Shown: positions 45,948-56,474, counted from the stretch's first letter. The stretch is DNA of 59,835 nt from Candidatus Saccharimonadia bacterium (GCA_038244585.1 JBBRTI010000003.1:1-59835); one strand, 5' to 3'. A program made the numbers and translations. The notes: a model not told the origin generated them from the letters alone.

Positions 45948-47254
45948 GATAGTTCCTCCGGCTTCAGACCGTAGAGCTGCGGCTTGCGTGACCATTCGGC
46001 CCGAATCAATTGCCGCATCAGCGTCCGCGTAATGACGATGGCTGTAAACAACGACACCAGCACGCCCAGCCCCAGAGTTACGGCAAAGCCGCGGATAATG
46101 GGCGTAGATCCTGACGATGCGAACAAGATAGCGCAGGTTATCAGTGTCGAGACGTTAGAATCGCGAATGCTTGTCCAAGCACGAGTGAAGGCGGTTTCAA
46201 GGGCTGCCACGTAGCTCTTACCGGCACGCAACTCCTCTTTCATGCGCTCAAAGACAAGAATGTTGGCGTCCACCGCCATGCCGATACTTAGGATGAACCC
46301 TGCGATTCCGGCCAGAGTCAGGACGATGGAATAGCCCGGTATGAAGACGCTTAGCTTATACAAAGTCAGAGTAATTGTGGTGTAGATGATGAGTGCCAGA
46401 ACGGCGACGACGCCAGCCAGACGGTAGTAGAGCATCATAAACAGGGCGACTATACTGAGGCCGATGATACCGGCGACTAAGCTGCGCTGCACGCTCTCCT
46501 TACCCAGTGAGGGACCGACACTGCTCTGGGCGACCAATGTCACCGGCACCGGCAGGGCTCCGGCTGTGATCTCTTCAGCGATAGTGCGCGCCTGCTTGAT
46601 GTCGAGATTGCCGGAGAGGATGGCCGTACCGTCGGTAATGGGCTCGGTGGTCGCAGGGCCGAAGGTCGGCTGTCCGTCAAGGAGCGTCAGCAGATAATTA
46701 CCATTTTGGCTGAGTTTGGTAGTGAGGTCGCCGAATTTCTTGGTGCTGTCACCGGGCTTCAGTTGCAGTCGGACGACCGGCTGGGCTTTAGTCGGGTCAT
46801 AATCGGCGGTAGCGGAATCAACGTCTTTACCGTCAATGCCGGTAGGCTTCTGAGTTCGGCCGTCAGCCGAAACTTCCAAAAATTCCAGGTTGGCCGTCTT
46901 ACCGATGCGGTTGATGGCCTCGCCCGGGTCCTTGACGCCCGGGAGGCTGACCATGACCCTGTTTGTTCCCTGGCGCTGAACGGCAATTTCCGAGGTGCCA
47001 CCGAAGTTGGCGCGCTTCTGAATGACGGCGATGAGCGACTCCAGAGCTTTATCGCGCTCGGCGGCGGGCGTCTTGGTCAAATCGGCCTGAAAGACCAGCT
47101 GTGCGCCGCCCTGCAGGTCTAGTCCCTGCTGCACTTTCAGGGTAGTCTTTTTGATGCCTATAGCGCTCAGAATGGCATCCTCACGCGGAATTGCCAAAGC
47201 TGTCGTAACAACCGCGAGCAACATGATAAGGGCGAACTTCAGCCGTAGACTCAT
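45944..47254 (-). CDS. secD: Protein translocase subunit SecD
   Basis: GLDLQGG, GALPVP, VGPSLG, LAGIAG.ILSIGMAVDANIL.FER.KEEL, I.DSN.ST, RGFA.TL.LG. Confidence 0.96.
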   Translation of the reverse strand: MSLRLKFALIMLLAVVTTALAIPREDAILSAIGIKKTTLKVQQGLDLQGGAQLVFQADLTKTPAAERDKALESLIAVIQKRANFGGTSEIAVQRQGTNRVMVSLPGVKDPGEAINRIGKTANLEFLEVSADGRTQKPTGIDGKDVDSATADYDPTKAQPVVRLQLKPGDSTKKFGDLTTKLSQNGNYLLTLLDGQPTFGPATTEPITDGTAILSGNLDIKQARTIAEEITAGALPVPVTLVAQSSVGPSLGKESVQRSLVAGIIGLSIVALFMMLYYRLAGVVAVLALIIYTTITLTLYKLSVFIPGYSIVLTLAGIAGFILSIGMAVDANILVFERMKEELRAGKSYVAALETAFTRAWTSIRDSNVSTLITCAILFASSGSTPIIRGFAVTLGLGVLVSLFTAIVITRTLMRQLIRAEWSRKPQLYGLKPEELS

Positions 47255-47315
47255 AATGTTACAGATAATAGCCGACCGAGGCCTGCCGCGTCAATTCTTA
47301 AGCCAAGCTTAAAAG

Positions 47316-47972
47316 TCAGTCCCAGTGTGCAACTACGTTATTGACGCGGTCCATGACCGTAGAAGGGTCGATCCTATCTTCATCGGTATAGTAGTGCGAC
47401 ACGGAAAAAAAGCTGTCGGGAATATAGAGGTAGTGCAGCTCATCGACCAGGCCGTTAAGGCGCTCGATAACTTCGGCCGGACCGACCGGTATTGCCGCCA
47501 CGATCCTCTCGGTGTGAATGCGTCCCAAATAATGCAGGGCGGCATCGAACGACAGCCCGTTTTTGACGCCGTCGGTAGCGATAATAATCGTCCGGCCTTC
47601 CAGCTGGGCAGGGTCGGCCAAGCCGTTATCACCAATGACGGCTGTCATCTGATACATCTGGCGGATTTTCTCTTCTTCCACCCAGTTGCGCATATCCTCC
47701 ATGTAGCCTTCCATCTCGCCGGTGGAGATCATGGAGTTATAAGTGAAGAGGCCTGTCTGGTCCATAGTGCCGATAACCAGGCTATTATCGCCGGGGGCCG
47801 TGATTCGCGAGGTCATGAGCATCGACAGTGCACTGTGAAGGCGGCGGGCGATCTGTTCGCCCACCACGACTCCGCCCGGCGATAGCGCGACGACGGCGGT
47901 ATTGTCCCAGCGGTATTGGGTGAGCTGATCGGCAAGTTGGTCACCAGCCTGGGCGCGATCATGGAAATACAT
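47316..47972 (-). CDS. Phosphoribosyltransferase-like protein
   Basis: MYFHDR..AG..LA..L, VVAL..GGV.VG..IA, IIIATDGV..G.S..AA, A.PV. The PRPP loop is degenerate (ATDG). Confidence 0.85.
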   Translation of the reverse strand: MYFHDRAQAGDQLADQLTQYRWDNTAVVALSPGGVVVGEQIARRLHSALSMLMTSRITAPGDNSLVIGTMDQTGLFTYNSMISTGEMEGYMEDMRNWVEEEKIRQMYQMTAVIGDNGLADPAQLEGRTIIIATDGVKNGLSFDAALHYLGRIHTERIVAAIPVGPAEVIERLNGLVDELHYLYIPDSFFSVSHYYTDEDRIDPSTVMDRVNNVVAHWD

Positions 47973-48032
47973 AAGCACATTGTAGCAGGTAACGATAGAA
48001 CCAGCGTTACAGACTGCGCTACACTAGTCAAT

Positions 48033-49988
48033 ATGAATGAACTACGACAGTATTACCTGGTAGCCCCGCTCGCCTACACGGGTGAGGCGCAATCGTTTAC
48101 GTATCATTACGATGCTGGCGAATTGGCAACCGGGCAGATTGTCTCAATTCCCCTGGGACGCCGCGCCAGCCAGGGCGTTGTCATGACGTCCGTCGGCCTG
48201 CCGGAGTTTAAGACCCGCAGCATCACGGGACCGGTGGATGTGGCACCGCTGCCCCCGTACCTCTTGGAACTGGGTACCTGGATGAGTGCTTACTACGCCT
48301 CCAGCGCCTCCAGCGTCTGGAGCACTATGCTGCCGACGGGCATCACCAAAAAACGCCGGGAGCCGCGGGCCACAGTCAAACCAAAGGCGGGCGGTCTGCC
48401 CGGGCACGTCTTGACGGACGAGCAGGTCGAGGCGCTGCGCGTAATCCGTGCCTCTTCCTTATCAGCCCACCTCCTCCAAGGCGTGACCGGTTCGGGCAAG
48501 ACCCGGGTCTATTTGGAACTAGCAGCCGAGGCGCTGGCGGCCGGACACTCCGTTATCGTGCTGGTCCCCGAAATAACCCTGACCCCGCAGGTGGTGGCGC
48601 AATTTGAAGCCGCCTTCGGAGAAGCAGTCATTTCGACTCATTCCAAACTAACCGAGGCACAGCGGCACGCAATTTGGACTGCGGCCAGTGAAGCAACGGC
48701 AGCCAGTCGGCCGTGTATTGTCGTCGGTCCACGATCCTGCCTGTTCCTGCCGCTTCACTCGCTGGGACTGATCGTCATCGACGAGGCCCACGAAACCAGC
48801 TATAAGCAGGAGCAGCACCCTCGCTACAACGCCATCGCGACGGCGGCTAAGCTGGCTGGGCTGACCGGCGCACGTCTAATCCTGGGCAGTGCCACGCCGG
48901 GACTGAGTGAACTCTATCTGGCCAAGGCCGGCCGTATCGGACATATTCTCATGGGGCGCCGCGCCAACGACATCGCCCACGCCCATGCCAGCATTATCGA
49001 TCTGCGTGACAAGGACGGCTTGGGATTGAGCAAATTTATTGCTCAACCACTGGTGGATGCCGTCACCGCGACGCTCGATGTCGGCCGCCAAAGCCTACTG
49101 TATCTCAACCGCCGTGGCAGCGCCTCAAGCCAGGTCTGCGGCGATTGCGGTCACGTCTCCGTCTGCCCGAACTGCCTGCTGCCGCTCACCTTCCACGCCG
49201 ATTGGATGCGTCTGGTTTGCCACCACTGCAACTACCGCCGGCCCAGCGAGGCTGTCTGCCCGGAGTGCGGCGGCATGGACGTCAAATTACTTGGCGGCGG
49301 TACCAAGCGCATCGAGGCTGAGGTCGAGCGGCTCTGGCCGGACGCCCGCATCGCCCGCCTCGATCGCGACAGCGCCACACTGGCGCATATCAAACAGGTC
49401 TACGCCGGGCTCAAGAACGGTACCATCGACATAATCATCGGGACGCAGATGATTGCCAAAGGTCTGGATCTGCCTCGCATCGATACCGTCGGCGTCGTCT
49501 CAGCCGACACTATGCTGCACCTTCCCGACTTCGGCGCGGCCGAGCGGACCTACCAGCTGATCACCCAGGTCTCCGGCCGAGCCGGCCGCGGCGATAGGGC
49601 CGGCGTGGTATTCATTCAGACTTATACGCCGGACCACCCCGCCATCGTAGCCGCAGCCACAGGCGACTACGCCGGGTTCGCCGAGGCTGAACTGGCCCAA
49701 CGCCAGCTGCTCGGCTACCCGCCCTTCAGCTACCTGCTGAAACTGACAGTCGCCGGTCGGGATCGCATGTCCGCGGTCGCTGAGGCCGAAGCCTTTGCCG
49801 CCGCCCTACGCAGGCACGTTGGACTTGATGTCACGGGCCCTGCACCGGCATTCATCGAGACCCAAGGAGGCCGTTACCACTGGATTATTACCGTCAAAGC
49901 CGCCCGCCGTACCGCTCTGGTGCAGATTGCCGGACAACTACCGGGTGACCACTGGACGGCCGACCTCGACCCGATTAATCTGCTTTAG
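48033..49988 (+). CDS. priA: Primosomal protein N'
   Basis: LL.GVTGSGKT.VY, LVPEI.LTPQ, DEAHE.SYKQ..PRY, four CxxC motifs, GTQMIAKGLD, QV.GRAGR. I moved the start to the ATG at 48033 to remove the overlap with the PRTase gene. Confidence 0.96.
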   Translation: MNELRQYYLVAPLAYTGEAQSFTYHYDAGELATGQIVSIPLGRRASQGVVMTSVGLPEFKTRSITGPVDVAPLPPYLLELGTWMSAYYASSASSVWSTMLPTGITKKRREPRATVKPKAGGLPGHVLTDEQVEALRVIRASSLSAHLLQGVTGSGKTRVYLELAAEALAAGHSVIVLVPEITLTPQVVAQFEAAFGEAVISTHSKLTEAQRHAIWTAASEATAASRPCIVVGPRSCLFLPLHSLGLIVIDEAHETSYKQEQHPRYNAIATAAKLAGLTGARLILGSATPGLSELYLAKAGRIGHILMGRRANDIAHAHASIIDLRDKDGLGLSKFIAQPLVDAVTATLDVGRQSLLYLNRRGSASSQVCGDCGHVSVCPNCLLPLTFHADWMRLVCHHCNYRRPSEAVCPECGGMDVKLLGGGTKRIEAEVERLWPDARIARLDRDSATLAHIKQVYAGLKNGTIDIIIGTQMIAKGLDLPRIDTVGVVSADTMLHLPDFGAAERTYQLITQVSGRAGRGDRAGVVFIQTYTPDHPAIVAAATGDYAGFAEAELAQRQLLGYPPFSYLLKLTVAGRDRMSAVAEAEAFAAALRRHVGLDVTGPAPAFIETQGGRYHWIITVKAARRTALVQIAGQLPGDHWTADLDPINLL

Positions 49989-50022
49989 ACAAGCCCCTCA
50001 AAACCCGCTAGAATATCAAGTA

Positions 50023-50583
50023 ATGACAGCTGACGATATCATCACCATACCCAATCCCCTGCTGCGGGAACGGAGCAAGCGAATCGGCCATGTCGACGGA
50101 TCGACCCAAGCTCTGGCCGAAGGTATGATTTCGGCGACGCTCGAATGGGAGGCCAGCCGCGAGCATGAGTTCGGCGCCGCGCTGGCCGCCATCCAAGTGG
50201 CCCAACCCTATCGGATTGTAGTCATCCGAAACGACTTCGACGACAAGGCAGACAAAAGCTTCACCGTCTTTATCAACCCTGAAATTGTTAAGCAAGAAGG
50301 CATACCGGTTGAGGAGCTGGAAGGGTGCTTAAGTGTTACTGATATCTACGGCAGCGTAGCCCGCTACCCTAAGGTTAAAGTGAAGGCCCTCAACCTGGAC
50401 GGCAAGCCGTTCCGTGTCACGGCCACCGGATTCCTGGCCAGGGTCTTCCAGCACGAAATCGATCACACCAACGGCGTTGTCTTCGTAGACCGTATCCACG
50501 ACCCTCATAAGCTCTACCGGTTGGAGTCGGATGGTAAATTCACCCCCCTAGCCGCCGTGGAACTGGGAATCAAACGACCTTGA
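50023..50583 (+). CDS. def: Peptide deformylase
   Basis: GAALAA.QV, EGCLSV, QHEIDH.NG. Start at the ATG at 50023. Confidence 0.96.
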   Translation: MTADDIITIPNPLLRERSKRIGHVDGSTQALAEGMISATLEWEASREHEFGAALAAIQVAQPYRIVVIRNDFDDKADKSFTVFINPEIVKQEGIPVEELEGCLSVTDIYGSVARYPKVKVKALNLDGKPFRVTATGFLARVFQHEIDHTNGVVFVDRIHDPHKLYRLESDGKFTPLAAVELGIKRP

Positions 50584-51527
50584 CGGACAATGTGCGCAGC
50601 CTGGTCTTCTTCGGCACAGACGCTTTTAGCCTGCCATCATTGCAGGCGCTGATTGAGGCCGGCTACACCATCGAAGCCGTTATCACCAAGCCTGACGCCC
50701 GCGTCGGTCGGGGCCGTGAGCTGGCCGCGCCTCAGGTCAAACAGCTGGCCGCCCGACATGGAATCACAGTCCTACAGCCAGCCAGCGGTGTCGAACTCGT
50801 CGACGCCACCGCGACGCTGACGTCCAGTTACGGTGTTGTTGTCGCCTACGGCCGCATTATCGCTCCGGCCGTACTGGAGCGGTTCAGCGTCGGCTTGGTG
50901 AACGTCCATCCGTCCCTGCTACCCAAGTACCGGGGGCCGGCTCCAATTGAAGCGGCCATTTTAAACGGCGATGATAAAGCCGGCATCAGCATCATGAAGC
51001 TTGATGCCGGTATGGACACCGGACCGGTTTACCTCCGCGAACCCGTTGTCCTATCTGGCCATGAAACTCGGCCGGATCTCTACTACCGCCTGGCAGATTA
51101 CGGAGCTAAACTTCTGGCGAACAACCTGGCCGACATCACAGGCGGCGTCATCGTGCCAGTTCCCCAAGATTCTTACTCCGACGAGCTCGTATCGGTCACC
51201 GCTATGCTCACCAAGAGCGACGGCGTCATCGATTGGATTAGGCCCGCGGTAGTTATCGAACGCCACGTCCGGGCCTACCTAGGCTGGCCTGGCAGTAAGA
51301 CGATGGTCGAAGGCATCGACGTCACCATCACCGCAGCTCGCACCGGTGACAGCCTGCTGATGGTGGGAACCGGCGAGACCGGTGCCCAACCCGGCACTGC
51401 CTTCAAGACAGCGACCGGTGAGCTGGCTATTGTTACCGGGCACGGCGAGTTAATAATCGAGCGCCTCAAGCCGGCGGGTAAGAACGAAATGACCGGCCAG
51501 GCGTTCCTAGCCGGTCATACCCTCTGA
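50580..51527 (+). CDS. fmt: Methionyl-tRNA formyltransferase
   Basis: FFGT..FS..SL, T.PD..VGRG, VVAYG.II, NVHPSLLPKYRGPAPI..AILNGD, MD.G.V. Confidence 0.97.
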   Translation: MTDNVRSLVFFGTDAFSLPSLQALIEAGYTIEAVITKPDARVGRGRELAAPQVKQLAARHGITVLQPASGVELVDATATLTSSYGVVVAYGRIIAPAVLERFSVGLVNVHPSLLPKYRGPAPIEAAILNGDDKAGISIMKLDAGMDTGPVYLREPVVLSGHETRPDLYYRLADYGAKLLANNLADITGGVIVPVPQDSYSDELVSVTAMLTKSDGVIDWIRPAVVIERHVRAYLGWPGSKTMVEGIDVTITAARTGDSLLMVGTGETGAQPGTAFKTATGELAIVTGHGELIIERLKPAGKNEMTGQAFLAGHTL

Positions 51528-51536
51528 CCCGAAACA

Positions 51537-52781
51537 TTATTTTTTTCGGCGGAACATGGCAGCGCGGGTCTTAAACCATCCGGCGCCTTTTTCGGTGTGT
51601 CGGATATTGGTTTCTTCCTCGGCATCGGCAGCCTCACGCTCCGGATCCGAGTGACTGAGCAGTACCTGATATCGCGCTATCGTAGCCTTGTACCAAGCAT
51701 CGATGTCCGGACTAACGGCCTTGAACTCCGTATGTACTATTTTACCGGAGCCAGGATCCCTGACATCCTCACGTTTAAGCAGGTTCTGGCGAAACGCCTG
51801 CCCCATTACCGCTTCCAACTCGTCTGTGTCATTTCCCGCTTCCGTCAGAGCTCGTTTGAAATAGTTTAGGCGCGCTTTGAGGCCATCCCCAGTAGCCTCG
51901 GCCTTCAAAGGCGATAGGTTGAGAAGTTGGTCAAGGGCCGTAGGCTCGTCTCTCTCGGGAGCGGGCGTTACGGCTGGTGCTTGTAGCACTGCCTGACCCG
52001 GCGTCTGTGACAGCCGTTGCAAGGCCTCCTCACGCATATCCATGATTGAGTTCGCCGCCACCAGCCGGCCTTTATCAAAGCGAGCCGACGCGGGAACATC
52101 ATACGTAATCGTTCCGTCCTCATTTTCCTCAGCCTGCAGATATTTACGCTCGACCCAATGTGCGGTCAGGCGGGCAATCTCTTCAACGCTGTTCGCCTGC
52201 TGATACTGGTCTATGGAGGTGTGTTTAATTGAGTATTCCCGGTCCAACTGCTTGCGGGCTTCTGCAACGGGGTCAGCCTGCTCTACGCCTGCCGCGGTCG
52301 CTTCCTTGCTCTGTTGCTGTTTGGCCAACCCCAGAGTCTTGGAGTACTGGGTCGAGAGCCATTCGAGCCGGCGGGCATGATCAAACAGCCGCAGATTTAA
52401 GGCCTTCTCATATTTAGAGAGGCCCAAACCGTTGGTCACGATACGGCTGTTGACGTCATTACTGTCTATTTTGTGGTACTCAATCTTTTCATTACCTGCT
52501 TCGAAAAAGTCTTGCTGAATACGGGATTGAATCTCTTTTGTCGTCAAACCCCTGTATGACTCCGTTAGGGCGTCGCGAGCCTTTTGGGTCGGATACTTTT
52601 GTTGCTCACGTTTAGACACGGAAGAGCCGGTTTCGGACGTACCAACATCAGACGGAGCAGGGGCTTCTACGGCCGCGGCTGCCCGTTCCGGCTCGCCAAT
52701 GAAAGGCAATTCCGGCAGGGCCGTCGGTGAATTCGGGTCTTCCGGACCGCGTGGACCGGCTGATTCGGGGGGCGTTGGCAT
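51537..52781 (-). CDS. Hypothetical protein (orphan, helical)
   Basis: 414-aa ORF with its own TGG-TATAAT promoter and GGAG SD. No recognisable motif. Confidence 0.75.
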   Translation of the reverse strand: MPTPPESAGPRGPEDPNSPTALPELPFIGEPERAAAAVEAPAPSDVGTSETGSSVSKREQQKYPTQKARDALTESYRGLTTKEIQSRIQQDFFEAGNEKIEYHKIDSNDVNSRIVTNGLGLSKYEKALNLRLFDHARRLEWLSTQYSKTLGLAKQQQSKEATAAGVEQADPVAEARKQLDREYSIKHTSIDQYQQANSVEEIARLTAHWVERKYLQAEENEDGTITYDVPASARFDKGRLVAANSIMDMREEALQRLSQTPGQAVLQAPAVTPAPERDEPTALDQLLNLSPLKAEATGDGLKARLNYFKRALTEAGNDTDELEAVMGQAFRQNLLKREDVRDPGSGKIVHTEFKAVSPDIDAWYKATIARYQVLLSHSDPEREAADAEEETNIRHTEKGAGWFKTRAAMFRRKK

Positions 52782-52823
52782 GCAAAAACTCCAGTCGTTC
52801 TTATCTGGATTATACCATAAGCG

Positions 52824-53153
52824 TTAGAGGTCTTTGAGCAGGCGGTCGATCTCCGCGGCATAAGCGCCGCCGGTATCAAGCTTGAGCAATAGACGTGGCA
52901 CGAATTTCGATTCCAAATGGTGCGCCAGGGCTATCTGTAGGCCGTTCTGGGTCGCCTGGACGCGTGTCCAAAGCTTTTCCTGTTGCGGTCCGGCAACAAG
53001 CAGACCTATCCACACCGTGGCGTTACGCAGGTCAGGCGCAGCGTCGACGCGGGTCACGGTAACCGTGGCCGCATCACGCTCTAAAAATTCCACCAGTGAT
53101 TTGGCCACGACCTGCTGGATAACGCTTTCCATTTTTGCGACTCGTTGTGACAT
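52824..53153 (-). CDS. rbfA: Ribosome-binding factor A
   Basis: R..K.ES.IQ, VTVTRVD..PDL..A.VW, L..KFVP.L..K.D. Follows infB. Confidence 0.93.
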   Translation of the reverse strand: MSQRVAKMESVIQQVVAKSLVEFLERDAATVTVTRVDAAPDLRNATVWIGLLVAGPQQEKLWTRVQATQNGLQIALAHHLESKFVPRLLLKLDTGGAYAAEIDRLLKDL

Positions 53154-53155
53154 GG

Positions 53156-54931
53156 CTAGAGAGTGCGGGCCTTGGTCTCTGTGGTATAGAATTCGATGGT
53201 ATCTCCGATTTCAACCGTGACCGGAGTCGTAACGCTCATGCCGCAGGTTTCGCCCTCGAAGGCTTCTTTGACCTGCTGCTTGTCCTTCTGAAGCGTCTTG
53301 AGGGTGCCTTCACCGATAACTGCCTTGCCGCGCCTAATGTGTAAGGTTTGTTTTGGCTGAATATGGCCGCTGGTAATCTTACCGCCGCAAACGGCCGTTC
53401 CCTTACCGATTTTGAAGACCCCGAGGATTTCCAGCTCGCCGGTAACAGTTTCTATGACTTCCGGCTCCAACATACCCTCAAGCGCGTCGCGCAAATCGTC
53501 GGTCAGCTCATAAATAACTTTGTAGAGGCGCACGATGACGCTGTCACGGTTGGCCATGGCCTTCAGGGCGCTGCTCATCGAGACGTTGAAACCTATCAAC
53601 AGGGCTCCGGCCGTTCTGGCAAAGACGACATCACTTTCGGAAATATCGCCCACCGCGGAGGATACGACCTTTACGGCTACTTCATCGTTGTGCAGACGTG
53701 CCAGGCTCTCGAGCAATGATTCCAATGAACCTTGAACATCGGCTTTGATGACGACGTTAAGTTCCTTTATGTTTCCCGCCGAAATGGCAGCATTAAGCTG
53801 TGAGGCGTCGATTTTCTTCACGCCCAGGCTCTTGGCCTGTTGGCGGTGAATAGCGCGGGCGGCAGCGTCGCGGGAGGCCTTTTCGTTGTCCTCTGAGTGG
53901 AAATGGTCGCCGAAGGCCGGCACGGCCTTAAGGCCGGTCACAACGGCAGGCATGCCGGGGCTGGCGACGGCGATTCGCTTGCCGCGATAATCGCCCAGGC
54001 TGCGGACCTTGGCGTAGGTGCTTCCGGCCACGATGTAGCTGCCCACCTTTAACAGGCCGTTCAGGACCAGGACAGTTGCGACGGGTCCTTGTCCGGCGTC
54101 GAGATGGCTCTCAATGATGACGCCGTCAGCCGGGCCGTCCGGAATGGCACGGAGGTTTTCAATATCGGCCACGAGCAGCACGACGTCCAATAGTTCATCA
54201 ATACCGGTTCCCTCTTTGGCAGAGACTTCGACGGTGATGGTCTTGCCGCCCCAGTCTTCCGGCTGCAGCCCGATTTCAGTCAATTCAGTACGTACCCTGA
54301 CAACGTCGGCGCCTTCGCGGTCGATCTTGTTGATGGCGACCACAATCTGAACGCCGGCCTCCTGAGCGTAGCGGATGGCTTCTTTGGTTTGCGGCTTCAC
54401 GCCGTCATCGGCTGCGACCACAATAATGGCGACATCAGTCATGCGGGCACCATGCTGGCGCAGGGCGGAGAATGCTTCATGCCCCGGGGTGTCCAGGAAG
54501 GTAATCCAGCGCTCGCCGCGTTTAATCTGGTAGGCGCCGATGTGCTGAGTGATGCCGCCCGATTCCTTGGCCGCGACGGACGTCTTGCGGATGGCGTCTA
54601 GTAGCGAGGTCTTACCGTGGTCGACGTGACCCATAACAGCAACAATCGGCGGACGGAGCTGGCCCACGCCCTCGGCTAACTTGACCCTTAGCGGCGCGGC
54701 CTCGTCCTCTTCGGCTGGTTCCGGCGCAATTTCAAAGCCCAAATCGCTTGAAATGATGGCTGCAGTGTCAAAATCGATCTGCTCGTTGATGGTAGCCATG
54801 ACGCCGTTTTTCATCAACTCAGCAATCAGCCGGGTAACCGGCATATCAAGGCGTTCCGCCAACTCGCCGACCCTGATTACATCCGGTACGAGAATGGGTT
54901 GCTTGTCTTCGGTTGTCTTGAGCTCGGCCAT
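53156..54931 (-). CDS. infB: Translation initiation factor IF-2 (short form)
   Basis: [54 protein letters not shown]. Confidence 0.98.
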   Translation of the reverse strand: MAELKTTEDKQPILVPDVIRVGELAERLDMPVTRLIAELMKNGVMATINEQIDFDTAAIISSDLGFEIAPEPAEEDEAAPLRVKLAEGVGQLRPPIVAVMGHVDHGKTSLLDAIRKTSVAAKESGGITQHIGAYQIKRGERWITFLDTPGHEAFSALRQHGARMTDVAIIVVAADDGVKPQTKEAIRYAQEAGVQIVVAINKIDREGADVVRVRTELTEIGLQPEDWGGKTITVEVSAKEGTGIDELLDVVLLVADIENLRAIPDGPADGVIIESHLDAGQGPVATVLVLNGLLKVGSYIVAGSTYAKVRSLGDYRGKRIAVASPGMPAVVTGLKAVPAFGDHFHSEDNEKASRDAAARAIHRQQAKSLGVKKIDASQLNAAISAGNIKELNVVIKADVQGSLESLLESLARLHNDEVAVKVVSSAVGDISESDVVFARTAGALLIGFNVSMSSALKAMANRDSVIVRLYKVIYELTDDLRDALEGMLEPEVIETVTGELEILGVFKIGKGTAVCGGKITSGHIQPKQTLHIRRGKAVIGEGTLKTLQKDKQQVKEAFEGETCGMSVTTPVTVEIGDTIEFYTTETKARTL

Positions 54932-54937
54932 GTCTAC

Positions 54938-55138
54938 CTATTTCTTCTTTATGGTGCGCGGCAGGATTTCCCTACAGTGCTCATTACTACAACTATAATA
55001 CCCCCGTCCCGGCATTATTTGCTCAGGATCGGGCTGGAGGACACCACTGGCTAGAACCAGACGGCGCATCTCCGTTTTGGGGGCCTGCGTTCGGCAGACC
55101 CGGCACCGCCGCAGCGGCGTGTGTCCACGGCTTGGCAT
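54938..55138 (-). CDS. ylxR: YlxR (DUF448) RNA-binding protein
   Basis: P.R.C..C....PK.E..RLV, GRG.Y.C...C. Confidence 0.88.
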   Translation of the reverse strand: MPSRGHTPLRRCRVCRTQAPKTEMRRLVLASGVLQPDPEQIMPGRGYYSCSNEHCREILPRTIKKK

Positions 55139-55142
55139 CTGC

Positions 55143-56228
55143 TTACGCTTCAGCCTTCTTTGTACGTGGCGACTTGAGGCTTAAACTCAGCTTATGAGAG
55201 TCTGCGTCGATAGTGATGATGCGGAACTTCTTGGTCTCGCCCATCTTCACGAGCGTGGAGGGATCCTCGACGTGAGAGTCAGACAGCTCGCTAATGTGAA
55301 CCAGTGCCTCAATTGACGGCGTCACCTGGACGAAAGCTCCGAACGGGGTGATGCGGGTAATCTTACCCTCGACTTCATCGCCCACCTTGTACTTGGCAGC
55401 GTCCTTGACCCACGGGTCAGGCATGAGCTGCTTCATGCTGAGGCTCAGCTTGTCGCGGTCGATGGAAATAATCTTAGCTTCGACCTTGTCGCCCACTTTG
55501 ACGTAGCTCGAGGGATTGTCGACACGATCCCAGGCGATCTCGGAGATATGGACCAAACCTTCGACCCCATCAACATTGACGAAGATTCCGAAGTCCACGA
55601 CACCGGTGGCAACACCAGTAACGGCGTCTCCAACTTTCATCTTGGCAACTTTGCCTTCGGTGTCTTCACGCTTAGCGGCCTTTTCGCTCAAGATGAGCTT
55701 ATTGTCGCGGCGATTGATATCGAGGACACGGACGTTTAAAGTCTTGCCTGTCAGGCCGTTCAGACGGTGGAGGATTTCGTCCTTGTCGGCACCTGAAACG
55801 CGGGGGTAGTTCTCGGCCGATAGCTGCGATACTGGCAGGAAGCCACGGATACCGTCGACTTCGATGAGTAGGCCACCTTTGTTGGCGTCGAATGCAGTGA
55901 CCGCAAAGACTTCGCCAGCGTTGAAGCGCTCTTCGAGCGATTCCCAGCCTTTTTCCTTAGCGACCTTCTTGAGGCTGAGAATGGCGTAGCCGTTCTCGTC
56001 CTCGGGATCCATGACGGAAGCCGAAATAACGTCGCCGGGCTTGATGTCCTGCGAGTGTTCGATTTCCCGTCCTACGACGAGACCGGTGCCGCGCGGACCG
56101 AGGTCCAGCCACACTTCGTGCTTCTCAGCCGCAATGACGGTGCCTTCGATGACATCGCCGGGGCTCATAGCTCCGACGCTGGACTCAGCGAGCAGGTCTT
56201 CCATGGTGATTTCTTTTGTCTGTGCCAT
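55143..56228 (-). CDS. rpsA: 30S ribosomal protein S1 (four S1 domains)
   Basis: GDVIEG.V, NKGGL...DGIRGFLP.SQ, DFGIFV...G.EGLVHISE, FGAFV......EAL.HISEL. I placed the start at MAQTKE. Confidence 0.93.
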   Translation of the reverse strand: MAQTKEITMEDLLAESSVGAMSPGDVIEGTVIAAEKHEVWLDLGPRGTGLVVGREIEHSQDIKPGDVISASVMDPEDENGYAILSLKKVAKEKGWESLEERFNAGEVFAVTAFDANKGGLLIEVDGIRGFLPVSQLSAENYPRVSGADKDEILHRLNGLTGKTLNVRVLDINRRDNKLILSEKAAKREDTEGKVAKMKVGDAVTGVATGVVDFGIFVNVDGVEGLVHISEIAWDRVDNPSSYVKVGDKVEAKIISIDRDKLSLSMKQLMPDPWVKDAAKYKVGDEVEGKITRITPFGAFVQVTPSIEALVHISELSDSHVEDPSTLVKMGETKKFRIITIDADSHKLSLSLKSPRTKKAEA

Positions 56229-56326
56229 ATTTGTAAGTTTCCCCGGCAGCTGCCAGGTACTTCTCCCTTCAAAAAAAATTTCACTCTGCTTGGCAATTGG
56301 AGTGATTAGCCCTATTTTACGATACA

Positions 56327-56360
56327 TAAAGCCCCGCGTCAAAGGTGAGGCGGGGCTTTA
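56327..56360. terminator. Stem-loop/terminator upstream of rpsA
   Basis: TAAAGCCCCGC/GCGGGGCTTTA. Confidence 0.6.
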
Positions 56361-56364
56361 TGGC

Positions 56365-56474
56365 TGTCAGGAGGAGCATGCTCATTCCTGCCAGTGGCGA
56401 TTGATTACAATAATGTATTAATTTAGCAGAATCAACGAGTCCGTCACCAAGGAATGAGTATGCTCCTCCTGGCA
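56365..56474. repeat. 110-nt rod-like inverted repeat (MITE-like element or ncRNA)
   Basis: 22-bp arms CAGGAGGAGCATGCTCATTCCT / AGGAATGAGTATGCTCCTCCTG with one G-T mismatch. Inner stems GTGGCG/CGTCAC and TTGATT/AATCAA. Confidence 0.75.

Noticed and set aside
47916-48032. ORF-track N-terminal extension of PriA
   Set aside because: It overlaps the divergent PRTase gene. The ATG at 48033 has a -10 box and matches the expected domain start. I trimmed similar extensions for ileS, nrdR, ftsZ, rel, secF, def, rpsA and KGG.
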